From positions 51,823 through 115,822 of the forward strand of contig JAITVH010000122.1 of assembly GCA_031285905.1 (NCBI GenBank): a stretch of 64,000 nt of DNA, read 5' to 3'. The notes under the pieces are model-generated. The model was given only the letters and a program-made list of their open reading frames with translations, ran no database searches and was not told where the DNA came from. Positions within the stretch are counted from its first letter, which is position 1; every line of letters begins with the position of its first letter. The stretch is from Prevotella sp. GTDB lineage: Bacteria > Bacteroidota > Bacteroidia > Bacteroidales > Dysgonomonadaceae. Shown here piece after piece: positions 62,635-64,000 of this stretch. A program made the position numbers and the translations under genes.

Positions 62635-62949
62635 ATGAGTGATTTATTAGCAATAGAAGGAAAAATCGTAAACATGCTTAAAACGGTTTACGACCCTGAA
62701 ATACCTGTCGATATATACAATCTCGGGCTTATCTACGAAGTCGCGGTAGATGATGATAAAAATGTTACTATCACAATGACTTTGACTGCGCCCAATTGTC
62801 CTGCTGCAGACTTCATCCTCGAAGATGTAAGATACAAAGTAGAATCTATACCGGAAGTTAACAATGTAATCGTAAACCTTACTTTCGAGCCGGAATGGAA
62901 TAAGGACATGCTGAGTGAAGAAGCTAAACTTGAATTAGGTTTTCTATAA
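62635..62949 (+). CDS. DUF59/SufT-like Fe-S cluster assembly protein
   Basis: VYDPEIPVDIYNLGLIY and MTLTAPNCP motifs. Confidence 0.92.
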   Translation: MSDLLAIEGKIVNMLKTVYDPEIPVDIYNLGLIYEVAVDDDKNVTITMTLTAPNCPAADFILEDVRYKVESIPEVNNVIVNLTFEPEWNKDMLSEEAKLELGFL

Positions 62950-62960
62950 TCGAAGATATA

Positions 62961-63767
62961 GTGGGGAAGAAAGTCTATTTTCTATCAGATGTACATATGG
63001 GGTCGGCTTACCATAAAAAGAAAGTCGATAAACATCAAATAACAATATTACCCAATGCCCATATTAGAAAGAATGATTATTACCCAATACATGAGATAGA
63101 ACGAAAACTTTGCCGATGGTTTGACATGGTAAAGCAAGATGCAGAGACAATCTATCTGCTTGGAGATATTTTTGACTATTGGTTCGAGTATAAGAATGTC
63201 GTACCTCGGGGTTTTGTCCGGGTTCTGGGTAAAATAGCTGAGTTGACTGATTCCGGTATTGAGATCCATTTCTTCATAGGAAACCACGATATATGGATAA
63301 GAGACTACCTGCAAAAAGAATGCGGAATGATTGTTCACTTATCACCACTGGTACGTGATATTTATGGGAAGAAATTCTTTATGGCTCATGGAGACGGGCT
63401 TGGAGATGAAGATCTATCCTTTAAAGTATTACGTAACATATTTCACAGTAAATTTTGCAGGACCCTATATGCAGCTATTCATCCCAGATGGACAGTCGGT
63501 TTTGCCCAGTGGTGGTCAAATCATAACCGAGATGTACATGCAACTCCTGAATATTTTGGAGAAAATAAAGAACACCTTGTCTTATTTGCTAAAAAACACC
63601 TGCAAACAGCACCCAATATAAACTTCTTCATTTTTGGACATCGCCATATCATGTTAGATCTAATGCTATCTGTCAATAGCAGAATCGTCATCTTAGGCGA
63701 CTGGATCGATTACTTTTCATATGGTGTTTTTGACGGAGAGAGCTTTGCCCTGGAAATATTTGAATAA
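62961..63767 (+). CDS. UDP-2,3-diacylglucosamine diphosphatase (LpxH family)
   Basis: SDVH, LGDIFD, GNHD, HGD and GHRH metallophosphoesterase motifs. Confidence 0.88.
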   Translation: MGKKVYFLSDVHMGSAYHKKKVDKHQITILPNAHIRKNDYYPIHEIERKLCRWFDMVKQDAETIYLLGDIFDYWFEYKNVVPRGFVRVLGKIAELTDSGIEIHFFIGNHDIWIRDYLQKECGMIVHLSPLVRDIYGKKFFMAHGDGLGDEDLSFKVLRNIFHSKFCRTLYAAIHPRWTVGFAQWWSNHNRDVHATPEYFGENKEHLVLFAKKHLQTAPNINFFIFGHRHIMLDLMLSVNSRIVILGDWIDYFSYGVFDGESFALEIFE

Positions 63768-64000
63768 ATCACCCTTAATCCAGTATTAAGATAATAGTTA
63801 CTTCAAGAGAAGGTATATCTAGATTTATTATCTTTTTTAAATAAGGATAGAATTCATAGATGAAGCCAACTATCCTTTAATCCTTTTTATAATATTTATC
63901 TAACACCTAAAAAAACAGAGAGAATACATAATGCATTCTCTCTGAATAATTTAACTCCCTTAACCTAAAACCAAGGATTTCAAATTCATCCTTGTCTACT

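Noticed and set aside
63010-63090. Apparent ~20-aa insertion near the LpxH N-terminus
   Set aside because: In frame, with no repeat or intein/intron hallmarks; most likely a lineage-specific loop

Overview
AT-rich chromosomal window from a Bacteroidales bacterium. Gene content, order and TAnnTTTG promoter elements suggest a Dysgonomonas-like organism (inference). Housekeeping backbone: tRNA-Arg(CCT), rmuC, tRNA m6A37 methyltransferase, lon, priA, PBP1a, ilvE, lptB, ruvX-def, wza-wza-wzc, thrS-infC-rpmI-rplT, msrB/A, M3 peptidase, efp, radC, lpxH. Three accessory structures stand out. (1) A complete 4,428-bp IS1595-family cargo transposon (10947-15374) with 26-bp terminal inverted repeats and an 8-bp TTTTTTAT target duplication. 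It splits a secreted-protein gene and carries a BRO-N/BstA-like gene, an SDH (ClpP-class) protease with a small partner, a ~175-nt rod-like RNA hairpin, a shared palindromic operator and a secreted protein, making it a candidate anti-phage transposon. (2) A dispersed four-block intergenic scaffold present three times (~17.8, 25.8 and 53.7 kb), whose slots hold different, unrelated REP-like palindrome families. (3) A decayed integrative island (integrase stub plus divergent GH32-like gene) that appears to have used the terminator of a small RNA as its attachment site. All family assignments come from motif recognition by eye; no database searches were run.
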